This document shows, in pieces, positions 21,001 to 33,000 of a stretch of DNA of 64,000 nucleotides (position 1 is the first letter of the stretch; each line of letters begins with the position of its first letter). The stretch spans positions 2,976,001 to 3,040,000 of the forward strand of contig CATNEN010000011.1 of NCBI GenBank assembly GCA_950097015.1. The letters are read 5' to 3'. The DNA comes from Macrostomum hystrix. Its lineage: Eukaryota > Animalia > Platyhelminthes. Position numbers and translations under genes: made by a program. The notes beneath the pieces are model-generated. The model searched no databases, was not told where the DNA came from, and saw only the letters and a list, made by a program, of their open reading frames with translations.

Positions 21001-24000
21001 TTGGAGACGCTGTAGTTGAACTAATTGTTACTTCCCACCTGTTCTACATTCTGCCGGAAGTAAGCGAAGGTCATCTGGATGCATTCCGGCAGTCTCTAGT
21101 GATGAATGCCCACCTAGCTTTGTTGGCTAGACGATTGGGCTTGCACTGCTATCTGCAGTACGCTCACGGAATGGACTTCTACTTGGATTCCACATTTATG
21201 CACGCCTACTCGGACGCATTCGAAGCATTTATGGCCGCTGTGTACCTTGACGGCGGCCTGGCTCTGGCCAATAGAATCTTTGCCGACGTTATGTGGGGCA
21301 GCGATCCGGCCTGTCTGAGGGTCTGGTGTACGCCACCCCCGCATCCTATCCAGTTGGAGTACCCGGATGGAGATCGGCATCTTTTGGGACTGCACCCCAA
21401 GCTCAAGGTAGGCGCGGATGTACTTTTCGATAGTGCGGGGGTGGGTGGTAGTTAAAGAGCCTCATAAAATTGGGGCGCAGCCGCGGAGAGAAAGCATGGG
21501 GGCTTGTCGTGCTATTTACGCCCTTGAGGGCCAACCTCCAAGGCGCAGTGAGAGTGTACACTGCCTGACGATGACAAAGTCAGGGCAGATGTACACACCT
21601 GTGTGAGCGTGTGCCTGCGTACGGTATCCGTGTGCGTGTGTGCTCAGGAGTCAGCGAAATGTACAGAATTGCCTCCTCGCTGGCTGAAGGTCTAGTGTCA
21701 CCGAATGATGTGCCATTGCCCGCAGCCCTCCTCCAACAGTTTTTATTACTCGTAGTTGCTGATCGTACTCGTAGTTTGAGTCAGTATAGTCTGTTATGCG
21801 AATATTGTCATTTTGTCATTTGCCTCACTATATTTACTTACTTATGTTTGCCTAAGTGTCTCTGTGATCGAAGATTTCAAAATTTTCGCTCACGACACTT
21901 TCGTTTAGCTTCATCGCCCCATATTCCCAGCCCAGAACTAAAAAAAATACGACTGGACTCAACTCATGCCTGTGTCTCGCTGATCAGTTGCCGTCTAGCC
22001 GCAGACAAAATCGTGGTCAAATCTGTGCCTTCGAGTGTTCTTTAGATAGTCGATCGATTATTATTTCAATTAGAAAATGTTTTTGAGCACTCACAGACTT
22101 GAGACCACAATTCGCGGCTTGATTAGCAATTGACACATTGGCTTGACTGTGGCCTATTCATCTGCCTTTGTTTATTTTATTGTCCCACTTCCGTTTGATA
22201 TTTACCCCGAACGGACTTGATTTATAAGCCAATCTATATTGCATTCATTTGTTTTATTGCTTAATGGTGCTGCTGTTGATAATACTACTATGGGAAATGG
22301 AGATCAGGTTTATTAGGGTAGATCACATATAATTTCATCATTTATTTACCTTTCTACTTTTTCCAGTAACTGTTTGCTTCTAATCATCTTCATTTCTCTC
22401 GTTCCTGTATTTCTTACACTGACTGTAGTATTTCTTTTAAACTTATTTAAACTTACTTTAAATATGCTATGATATTATGTACAGCTGTCTGTAACTGTAG
22501 TGTGTACGACTGTCTGTAACTGTAGTGTGTACGACTCTCTGTGACTGTAGTGTGTACGACTCTCTGTGACTGTAGTGTGTACGACTCTCTGTACCTGTAG
22601 TGTGTACAACTCTCTGTAATTGTAGTGTGTACGACTGTCTGTAACTGTAGTGTGTACGACTGTTTGTTCGCGCCCAGGCCTTGAAACATGCCTTCTGACG
22701 CCATGGACCATGGAGAGACCTGGCGTATATTGTTGTTGTTGTTGTTGTACGACTGTCTGTAACTGTATTGTGTACGACTGTCTGTAACTGTAGTGTGTCC
22801 AACTGTCTGTAACTGTAGTGTGTACGACTCTCTGTAACTGTAGTGTGTACGACTGTCTGTAACTTGAGTTTTTATGAACTTTTTTATTTTCATCAAACTT
22901 CTTGTAGAAAATTCATATCAGAATGCCAGTCAGTTTCGTTCCGTGATTCGTCTCACTAAAAGCTAGATTTAGGAAGATTTAACTTCAACAGCAGCCATCA
23001 CGCCAGTAATATTTTTGCCTGCCTAAAGCTACCTCTAAATGGCACCTCTTTCGGCTCCCCACTTTGATAATCAGCGTTCCTCTCTTCAGTGGGCCTTGTT
23101 AAAGAACTCATCTTCAACTGATTGACTTAAGCCAAGGCTTATTTCTATCTATCCTTGATGATGTTGGCTGCCAACTGTGCCAATGCTGCTAGCTAGTTAG
23201 GCCTGTGCGGAATGGAAGACAGACTCGAGTATCTGGATGGTCTTGACGCGGTCGGGGAGGCCTACTTTAGCTTGATCAGGCCTAGTAATGCAATCATCAT
23301 TGAGTCAGCTAGCAGTTCCCGCCCCTGGAGGAAAATAATTGCCCTGATAACGATCGATACCTTATTTTTTCAGGGTGGTGGGGTTGCTAGGCTACTTGTG
23401 CCCTAGTTGAGTTGCTGACCAAATAGTGCGGCTCATCAGATTTCATCCTAAAGTGACATTTCGTTCACCGAAAATGTGGCAATTTAGTGAGAGAAAAATT
23501 TGCTGAAAATTCTTCTCTGCTTAAGTTTGTCGTGACTCCTGATAAGCTTAATGGATGCAATAAAATGCTGGAAGTTAATAATAAACAGGTTCGCAGGTTC
23601 CAGCCACGTCTAGCACACATACTAGGCAACATACTAGGCACTGTTTATTATTTTTATTATTAGCTATATATAGTTTAAAAGACCGAGTAATTTCGTGTTT
23701 CTTAAAATAGAAAATGACGTCAGATGAAAATTCAATGGGTGGAAGGCCTAGACCCTTGATCGAAGGTCTTCTTGCTAAAAATAGAAAGTGATGTCACTTT
23801 AACTTGCATTAGAAAGTGGTAGACAAGAGATGTCAGGGTCTTGTTTCTAAAAATCTAATATGACGATAAAAAATTGTTCCTAACCTAGTTGGGCCAGATG
23901 TACAGCCGTTGCGCAGCTATGAACTAAAACAGTGAGGAATAAGTGTCTAATGAGTATTCCTTTAGCTGAGATTCAAACTCCCGAACTATTGGTAAGAATT

Positions 24001-27000
24001 CAAAAGCTCTAAAAATGTGATACAAGTAATCATGCTCGATGCGAAAAAACAGGCACGCGAACCTCTAGATAAAGGCATTGGGCGCAAAAATTTGCGTGAA
24101 AACAAACATTTTCATTGATGCACTTTAAGCAACAATCATTCTGTGTCATAAAAGTTATTTTCTGAAGTCATTCAAATCTGTTGAAAAAAGTCATTTGTCC
24201 CACCAGATAAGTGAGGTCTCTTTCTAGTTTCAATCTTCCTTTCTACTAATTCTAGCTGTTTCCATAACTTTCTGTAATATTTTTTCTCGGCATTAGTTCC
24301 GCTTCGACCCTGCCCTTAACGGCCTCTCCCACGGTCCTTCCGCATTCGCTTCCCTGTCACTTCCCCTTGCGTGTTTTCTGCTCACTTCCTTATCCTGTCT
24401 CATTCGTTTGCAACTCACGGCTAGTAGGCGATAATTCCCCGGAGACATTGTCCTGGGCACGGCTAGCTCCTCTTCAGCTAGTATGTTTGTCTGTCTGCTC
24501 TAGCCTGGTAGTATTACGTTAGTCATCTTGGCCTGATTTCTCTCTTCCCTTCTCATTGTAGAGATGATCTCACCCTTATCTAATTCTCGCTAACTCACTC
24601 CTTGTCGCAGCAAAGAATTACGGCATTATTTACACACATACGCGCCCACATTTGGACCAATGAAGTCCCACGCGGAATTCGCTTCTAGTCTGGCCTATCC
24701 TATATTTCATGTGCCTTGATATATATTATTCCTCCTAACCCTTGTCAGTTTCTTGTCTTCTCTTGGATTTGTTAGAGATTGTAAGGGTTCCTATGCTTTA
24801 GTCTAGTCCAGAGTTAGATAGAAAGAATCGAGATTGGCCTTAGTGTTACATTTAGTATATGTAGACTAGCTAACTGAGACCTCCGCCTATTCCGGAGCGC
24901 CTATACTGATGCGATGGGACAGTCGTGTTAGCGCTTGGGGAACTCCCATCAGGTCTAATAAAATTCTTGCGAAACTGAAATGTCTTATTTTTTCCTCTAT
25001 CTTCTATCTCTAACTGTCTATTTCTTCTCCACGCTCCTCTTCTTGGTCGGCCAGTCCCCGCTGCACTGTAGTACGTTCTAAATTCGATTTTGATGCTTCA
25101 GCTGCATCCAATCACAAATCTGCTAAGCGTGTCTCCAAATCGACCTCCCCATCCCAGTCCCCCCTAGTGTCCTTCTTGGCCTTTTTGTGTGAGAGTGGGA
25201 ATTTTAATTCATCAGGGACGCAATTTATTCCCATCTCTTTATAAATCCTAACTCTCTTTGGTTCCTATATATATAACCATTTTTTACCTCCTAATTGAAA
25301 ACTGTCATTTGCGCTTTGGTACAGTGTACAAACTCTGAAAAGTCACAATCCTTGTTATCTTTTTGCAACAAACGTAATGATGGTAGCTAAATTTAGATCA
25401 TACCATAGACAACTAGGTTCGCACAAAACAGTTCCTCTAACAAAGACTGGCTGCGGCGATTAACCTTGGATGTTAACAGTAGACAACCACACTATTCCCC
25501 CCTGGGCCTTTTTGGTAACAGGAATTCATAAAATTACAGAGCATAAAATTCCAGATTGCAAATTTTCTTTTCTGAATGAAAAGCGAACTTTTCAGCAGAA
25601 GCAAAACTGTTCTTACCAATTTAGTAGAGAAATTTAGCCTACAATACCACCATAGTTATGACACATTGGTTCTTTGAAATTCATAGTTGTTAGCAAGGCA
25701 GGTTTAACTGAGTGATACACTTAAATGAAGAAGCTAGGCAAGCTCTATTATAAAAGCAGTCATTTCAAGTACTTGAGCTATTTTTCTGCTTGCTAGTAGC
25801 TACTACATACAAAGAAATGCCAGATTGTTCGGAAAGTTCGCTGACAAACTTGAAAAAAACTGTAACTGCATACGTAAATGAAAACATTAGTTGTCAACCT
25901 TCTCAATATACGTGCCCTTGAGGCAGACACACTTGTGCCATCGCTCTGGCAGCTTCTCAATTCCAGCAGCGAAAAATTCTCTGGGGGTCCCTCTGACCCA
26001 CTGGCTGATGGCAGAGGCCATGGCCTGTACGCTACTGTACCGGTGACCTCGGAGGGATTACTTCATCTGCCCAAACAGCCAGTAGTCGCTCGGTGCTAGG
26101 TCTGACGAGTACGGCGGATGTGGCAGCAGCTCGAAACCCAGGTTGGCGATGGCAGCCATTGTTGCCTGACTGGTGTGAGGCCTGGCATTGTCCTGCTGCA
26201 GCAGGATCCCCCTGGTCAGCTTGCCACGGCGCTCACTCTTGATGGCTTCACGCAATTTCTGCAGCACTTGGATGTAATAAGCACTGTTGATGGTAGTGCC
26301 TCAAGGAAGCCAGTCGATGAGCAGAATGCCCTCTTTGTCCCAGAAGACGGTGGCCATCTGCTTGCCAGCTGATGGTAACAGTCAGGGCCTTCACTGGGGC
26401 AGGTTCATCAGCTGTCTTCCACACGCTGCTTTGCTTCTTGGACTCCGGTTCGCTATAGCGGAACCATGACTCGTCTCCTGTCACAATTCGGTCCAAAAAG
26501 TTCGGATCATTGCGGTAGGCCTGCAGGAGCTGCTGACATGCACGGACCCGTTCGCGCTGCTAGTCATCCGTCAGAAGCTTCGGGACCCAGCGAGCGACAA
26601 CCCGTGACATCCCAAGCTCGGCTGTGAGAATCCCATGGACTGCTGTCGGTGAGATACCCACTATCTCTGCCAGTTCACGTACTGTGACCCGACGGTATGT
26701 AGAATGTAGAATTCCTACATTCTGAAACAATGTTGCAAGGGAAAAGAGTGCATGTGTTTTCTATAAAAGCTGAAAATGTTAGTCACATCTTTTGATAAAT
26801 TAAAATTAGAAGTGCCTGAAATTTCAGTTCACGAAACTGTTCAACTAAGGTTAATCTTGCTGGTAAGATGACTAGAAACAACTTACAAGTACAGTGAGAT
26901 ACCTGTTGGTTTAGCTAAATTGTACTCTGCTTATAGCAGATTAAAAGCATGTAATATTATTAACCCTGTAATAATATGCACAACTACAAGTTATTTAGTC

Positions 27001-30000
27001 ATTTCTTTTTAAATGATTGCTGCCAACTGTAAAGATATGCAGATCTGTAATTAATCAGCATTTTAGTCTGTACAAAATAATGGCTGTATAAAGTATATTT
27101 GTATGCATAAAACTGGATGATAAACACTTTTGAAAATACAAAAATTAGTAGAAAAGTAAAATTGCTGTTTAAAACACAAAGTGTGCCATCAGTATAAGCG
27201 TTTCTAAATATTTTTGTTACAGACAGGCAAAATCTAAAAAACGGACAGAAAAAATGCTACTTTATACAACAGTAACGATCGGAATTTGAGTCTACATCAT
27301 GGCCTTTAAAACAATCGAAAGCCTTTATGATGAAGTCTATTGCTAAGTACGAGTATATTATATGAATATATATTGCCCACAACAGAAATTATATTAGCAA
27401 TAAAACTTAGATACACATGGACAGGGTAAATATAAATGTTAATGGCCTTTTACTTGACAATCATTTGTATACCTTGAACAGACCGTTGGTTCAAATATGG
27501 GTGATAAAAGTACATTGCAACAATATTTTTTCTGGTTCAAACTTAGCTCATGGATCATGGGCTATAAACAGACAGTTATCAAGAATCAGTCTGGCAAAAT
27601 GACTGCAAATCAGAGAGCACATTACGGAATCCATAAAATCGATTTCCTATAAAGATGTTCAAATACTAGAAGCATAATATATACAGAGAATAGTAAGGCT
27701 AGAAAAACGCAGAATAAAAAGCTAGGTACAGGAATACATTGTCATATAGTTGTAGTTGTTTAATTTGAAGAACAGTTAGTACTATTCGTATGTAAAATGC
27801 CTAGAAACTGGACAAAACTAAAAATGAACGCAAATTGCAAACCATCACATGAACAAAGTCCTTAATAAAAAATGAGCAATAGACTGCATCAGCTTGGAAA
27901 CCATAAAAAAGCATATTGTTATGAAAATAAGGCTGAATAAAGATCAGACTTAAAAGAACAACACAGCAAACGTTTAGTCTGTCAATTATGGTTTCTATGA
28001 AGCAGCATAAAGAATTTTGCCTGGCAAAATAAAATGCGAATATTGGCTTGCAACAAACTTGGACAAAAGAAAGATTTTCAGCCACGCCATTTCCTTAGCT
28101 ATTCGCTTTAATTTTATATTAATTTTGTTGAAAACTCTTGTTCTACGGCCGAATATCAAGTAGTAATTCTATTTGTATTAATTTTAAAGTTTGAATATCA
28201 CTTTTCATGTTGACTGTCTTTGGTGACTTGTCTTTGGTGTGACTGACAGTAGCATTTTATCTATGGTCAAATAAATCCAATATTAGCAGCTTCTATTTAA
28301 TCATCACCTATCTCTAAAAATCTTAAATGCTCAAAGTGTACTCTTTTTCAGCATGAATTGCAAGTTTACCAAAAGAAAATAAATGTACTTATAAGTCATG
28401 TCATCTTCACACTTCAGGCCTGAAGAACTGTATCTTTGCGCCTCCTTTTTTGTCCAGCATCATTCACTTCAGTCGATCTTTGCTGGACAGCTGCTTGACT
28501 ATACTGTTTGGTCACATTGGCTGACTGCTTGGCTTTGCCTTTCGACTTGATCGGCGTCTTCTGCGGCGGCGACTTAACTGTAGACTACTTGGTCACATTG
28601 GCTTACTTCTTGACTTTGGTTGATGGTCCAGGCTGATCATTCCGCAACTCATCTGCACTTTCAAATATCATAGGTGGCAACAATGGCCGCTTGCCATGCC
28701 GAGTGAAGTTTTTCTCTACAGGTTGCTTGGATTCGAGTTCCACTAAATCCTTGGCTCGATTGGGATCGGCAATTGCTGTTAGCATTCCACGGATTGACAT
28801 TTTTGCAGCGGTCGTTTAATGAGCCACAGTTGCCTGGTACGATTGCCTGGCAACATTTTCACGGTGTACCAATTGCTTCGAAACTGCCTTTTGCGCCTCA
28901 GGGTCCAGCAGCAATTTGCTCCAGGTTTCAATATACTTTCGATAGGCTGTTTTCGTCACACGTTGGATCTTGATGTTGCTGGCTCGTTGTCGCATCCAGA
29001 GGGTTGTCCATCCACACTGGATTTGGAACAGAGGTTCGGAGTCGGCTTTACTTTCATCGACTCTCTTTTGGCAAAATTTAGCCAGAAGTTGGTGGTAGCT
29101 GTCCACGCCAATCCGCACTGCACCATAGATATTAGCAGTCTTGTGCTTGTGCACCTTAAACTCATCCTCCTGGTTTTCAAGCCACCTCCTTGCTTCGACC
29201 TTTGTTGCATTATCAACAACATCTGGTCGGCTGGCGTTGCCATCTGGCTCAGAGAAGCAGAAAGCTGCTGCAATCGCTAGTGAGATAGCTGGACTATCAG
29301 GCTGTGTTTCCATCAGGTTCGTTGCCTTGTCCAGCAAGTCTACGACCTCCTTGTGCAGTTCAGAAACCTCTTCGTTCTTCAGCAGGTCGGAATCCAGCTT
29401 GTCTCGCAATTCGGCATTGTAAGGCTTCTTCACTTTGCGGCCGTAGGTTTTCACGAGGCGCTTCACGCGGTCCTCAAATTCGAGGAGGTGAAAATTAAAC
29501 TCACCTTCGCAGACCTCTACAAAGCGACGTTCTCGAAGGAAGGAAACGAGGTGCGTCAAGGCGTCAAGATAAAATCTGCCTCCTGACTTGGTGCGAAGAC
29601 CTTCTCTCTCCACAATTCCATTGAGTTGATCTCGATAATCTTGCTTCAGAAAATCCATTAGACCCTCGAAGCCGCACTCTTTACACATTTGCCCAATCAT
29701 TCGAGTCAACCGATCAACGGTACTCTTGCACAGGCCTGTGCCTTCCCATTTTAGCAGCCAGCTACTGTACTCAAGGATTTCCTTATCCAATTCCGTCATT
29801 GCATTTCCTTCGGTAATGGCTACTTTTAGTTCATCGAAAGCCTTCTGGTTCTTAGCAGATGAGGTTTGGCCTTTAGGAACTTTGTGGGTGTATTCAAGGT
29901 GTTGATTCAAGGCCCGTTTTAGGTACAGAAGGCCACATTTTGGACACGGAACCTTGGTCGGGCACTCGTCAGGTGGAAACATACTTTGCGTATGCAGCTT

Positions 30001-33000
30001 GATTTTCTGGACAAGTGAGTCAATTTAGTTGCCATTTAGAAGGTCTCGGTGTGACTCACGGATGTGTTGACTTAGCCGAGAGCCAACAATTCCATGCTGC
30101 GGCTCTGTCTCGCCCTTCTTTGGAAATGGGCACACATATTTCTTCCCCACTTCTTTCTTGCTTGGGTTCGCGACGCCCTTTTGCTCGACTTCCTCTCAAC
30201 GATATCGACACTACTCGAAGCAGCACCAGATGAAGAAGCCTGAGCAGTGGAAGAAGCCACAACAGACGATGAAGCCACAGAAGTTGCAGCAGCCGCAACA
30301 GAATACGAAGCGACAAGTTCGTCAGCAACTTTCTGCTCAATTTGTCGCAGCAATTTCTGCTCAAGACCACGGGGGTATTTCAAATGCCCACTATCTACTT
30401 CACGATAGCTTCCAAACCGAATGACCGATTTTCGTGAAAGTCCACCAACTTAATAAAAATTTTCGGCATTTTACGATGAACTAGCTTTTATCGTCGAGAT
30501 ATTCAACGATTATTGTCGTAGACCCTGGTGTCTGGTGACAAGGACAACTAATATTGCTTTGTACAAACTTCTATGGCGAATACATATTAGTTAAAAATAT
30601 AAAAGTGGACAATGCTATCAATCCGAAATAGTCAAATAGTGATAGCCATATTTACATAGCTGCATGGTGAGTTTTTTGCGTTCTGGATTTTCATGGCGAT
30701 TGGTTGAAAGTTTTGGGCGCTTAAGGGAGATATAAAAAGAGAAAAAATGAAAATGTGGATATTTGAAACTCCCCTATGTTGTCTTTCTTCTGTTAAAGAA
30801 GGCCGCGATGGGAAACAACTCGCCGATATCATTAAAGTGAAAAGAAAGACAGCCTAAACGATTTTCGACACATTTAGCAAATTTTGAACAGAGAGAGGTC
30901 ACAGGCAGCTGTACTGCACGTGATTACACCGGAGTAGTGCCAGCACTGGAACAGTCGCAGGCCGATGTTTAGACTATGGCGACGCTTTGTACTATCATTC
31001 TAATAAGAGACGCTCGCTGGTCGTTTTGCTTTTGTCGTTTTGCTGTTAAAATGGTTGGACAGAATGGAATGTGGCTTTGCTGCGGACTCGAACTAAGGAC
31101 CTTGGTGCGAGAGACGGAGGTTATCCGCTCCGTCATACATCCCTTGAAACTTACGATAAGGCATGAATTAAAAGTTCAAAAGTTTTACCAAGCAACGTAG
31201 CTAAAAATGATCACAATCAGGATTATTTGACATGATGCGATAGAGTATGTTCCACACACATAAAAACACGACTACGCGCACCAAGTGTCCCTTGGGAGGT
31301 TAGGCTAAAGCACTATATCATGAACTGTTTCCTCCTGCTAATGCTACTAATGTACAACACTACATGCTTAGCTTTTAAGTCCTCGCCACGGTCGACTTTG
31401 CCAAAAATTAACTTTTTATAGAAGCTAAATAATTGACACTGCAGATAATATACACACAGAACGGTAGAATGATATGCTTGGGGAGAATGCCTAAACAACA
31501 GAATGTGGAGGGAAAAGCTGCTATCTTCTATAAAATGTCCCGTTTAGTTTTACTCGACTTCATTTTTTTCTTGAGTTGTGCAGTTTTTTATGTTGTCTGG
31601 CTCTGGGTGTATTGCCCTTAAAGCAATTATTATTAGTTTAGATACATCAAAACAGCATAATTACCAAGGGGGAGGGAATTCTGACAGTTTTTTGTGCTGC
31701 ACCCGAACGGAACAACGCAAGCACACGAAACTCAAGAAAAGTCGCCAGCTCTTCAGACCGTCGAGATATTCAATGGTTCTGGCCGAAGGTCAGATTTTTC
31801 CCATAAGCGCTAGTGTATTTCATACACCCCTATACACGAATTGGCACTGTGCCTCAGTGCGGCCTTGCCAGGCATTCAAAGTTTATCAGCATGTCGCCCG
31901 AATGTACCTGCATCATCTCCGACTTCGGTGGTCACCTATCTAGACGGATTTGCTGGATCTTTAAGGGCTACAACAGGTGGAAATAGACCACTATGGACAC
32001 CCTGACGCGAATTTCTCCGATTTCACTGATCAAGCCAAAATACTAGGCACAGCTGCTTAACCACAGTACACCATCGTCTAGTCTGTCAACCATTCAGTCA
32101 CCACCCAAAAAATGTAGGGTTCCTTCCCCCTTGGTATAAAAACGTGCGGCATAATGGCTTGGTAGTCGCACTGTTAATAAAATCTTTGAAATCTACGAGT
32201 ATAGATCATTCTAATATAAATCGCGTCTGCACTTAAATGCCAGCATCAAATTCCTGGCTGTCATTGTCAACAAAATCTTAAACTTTTTTTCGAAACTTAC
32301 TGAAAATAAAAGAAAAAATAATCAGATTTGTTAGTCTTACTTTCTATTATAGTTCTCGCTTAGTAAGTCATTTTGTTGTCCTCAGAAAAAAATAATCTGC
32401 CTTTTCTGGCTCTGCTCTAAGCCGCTTATTGTTCTGGCCAAACACTTCAACATCCCAGGAGATTGCGAAGTAGACTAAGCAGTTACTTTGGAGACACATA
32501 CCCTTGTCACGGAGGACTGTACTCATGTAAGCATTAACAGCTTAGCATGCAAGACAAATAAATAAATAGAATGTTGAAAGGTCTTGTTTTTTACATTTTC
32601 TTAAAAGAGGAAATACTTTTGCGATCTTTTGAAAAAAACTGTAGTCAATAAATCTATAACTCCAGAAGTCTAAAACTCGCACAGAAATATTCCAAAAACT
32701 CTTACAAGAGTCGTCTAAAACTCTTACAGTAACCGTTTTAAACTATGACAGGAATCTTCTCAAGCTCTGACAGGAATCGTCCAAAAACTCTAATAGGAAT
32801 CGTCTCAAACCCTAATAGGAATCGTCTCAAGCTCTGACAAGAATCATCTCAAACTCTAATAGACATATTCTCAAAGTCTATCAGAAATCGTCTTAAACTC
32901 TGACAGGAATCGTCCCAAACTATTACAGGAATCGTCTCAGGTATAATGAAGATCGCAACTAGTCAATAGTTAAGGATGCTCGTATTCAAAATTCCCCTTT

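Noticed and set aside
21566-21596. Hammerhead ribozyme in SINE-A (CTGACGA...GAAA)
   Set aside because: CUGANGA is present, but stem II, stem III and the NUH geometry cannot be built; the segment pairs better as a simple hairpin.
28585-28606. Micro-intron GTAAGC...TAG removing two stops in the YR frame
   Set aside because: It would be only 22 nt and would shift the frame; nonsense mutation within a local duplication explains the stops better.
30007-30059. 53-nt GTGAGT...CCAG intron (minus strand) bypassing the stop at 30027
   Set aside because: Splicing would be phase 1, would join to an out-of-frame sequence, and would delete the second His of the zinc finger; the unspliced frame is already continuous.
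30976-31943. A separate nested gene on the plus strand
   Set aside because: Only short ORFs with no recognisable domain or consistent splice path; kept only as possible cargo of the YR element.
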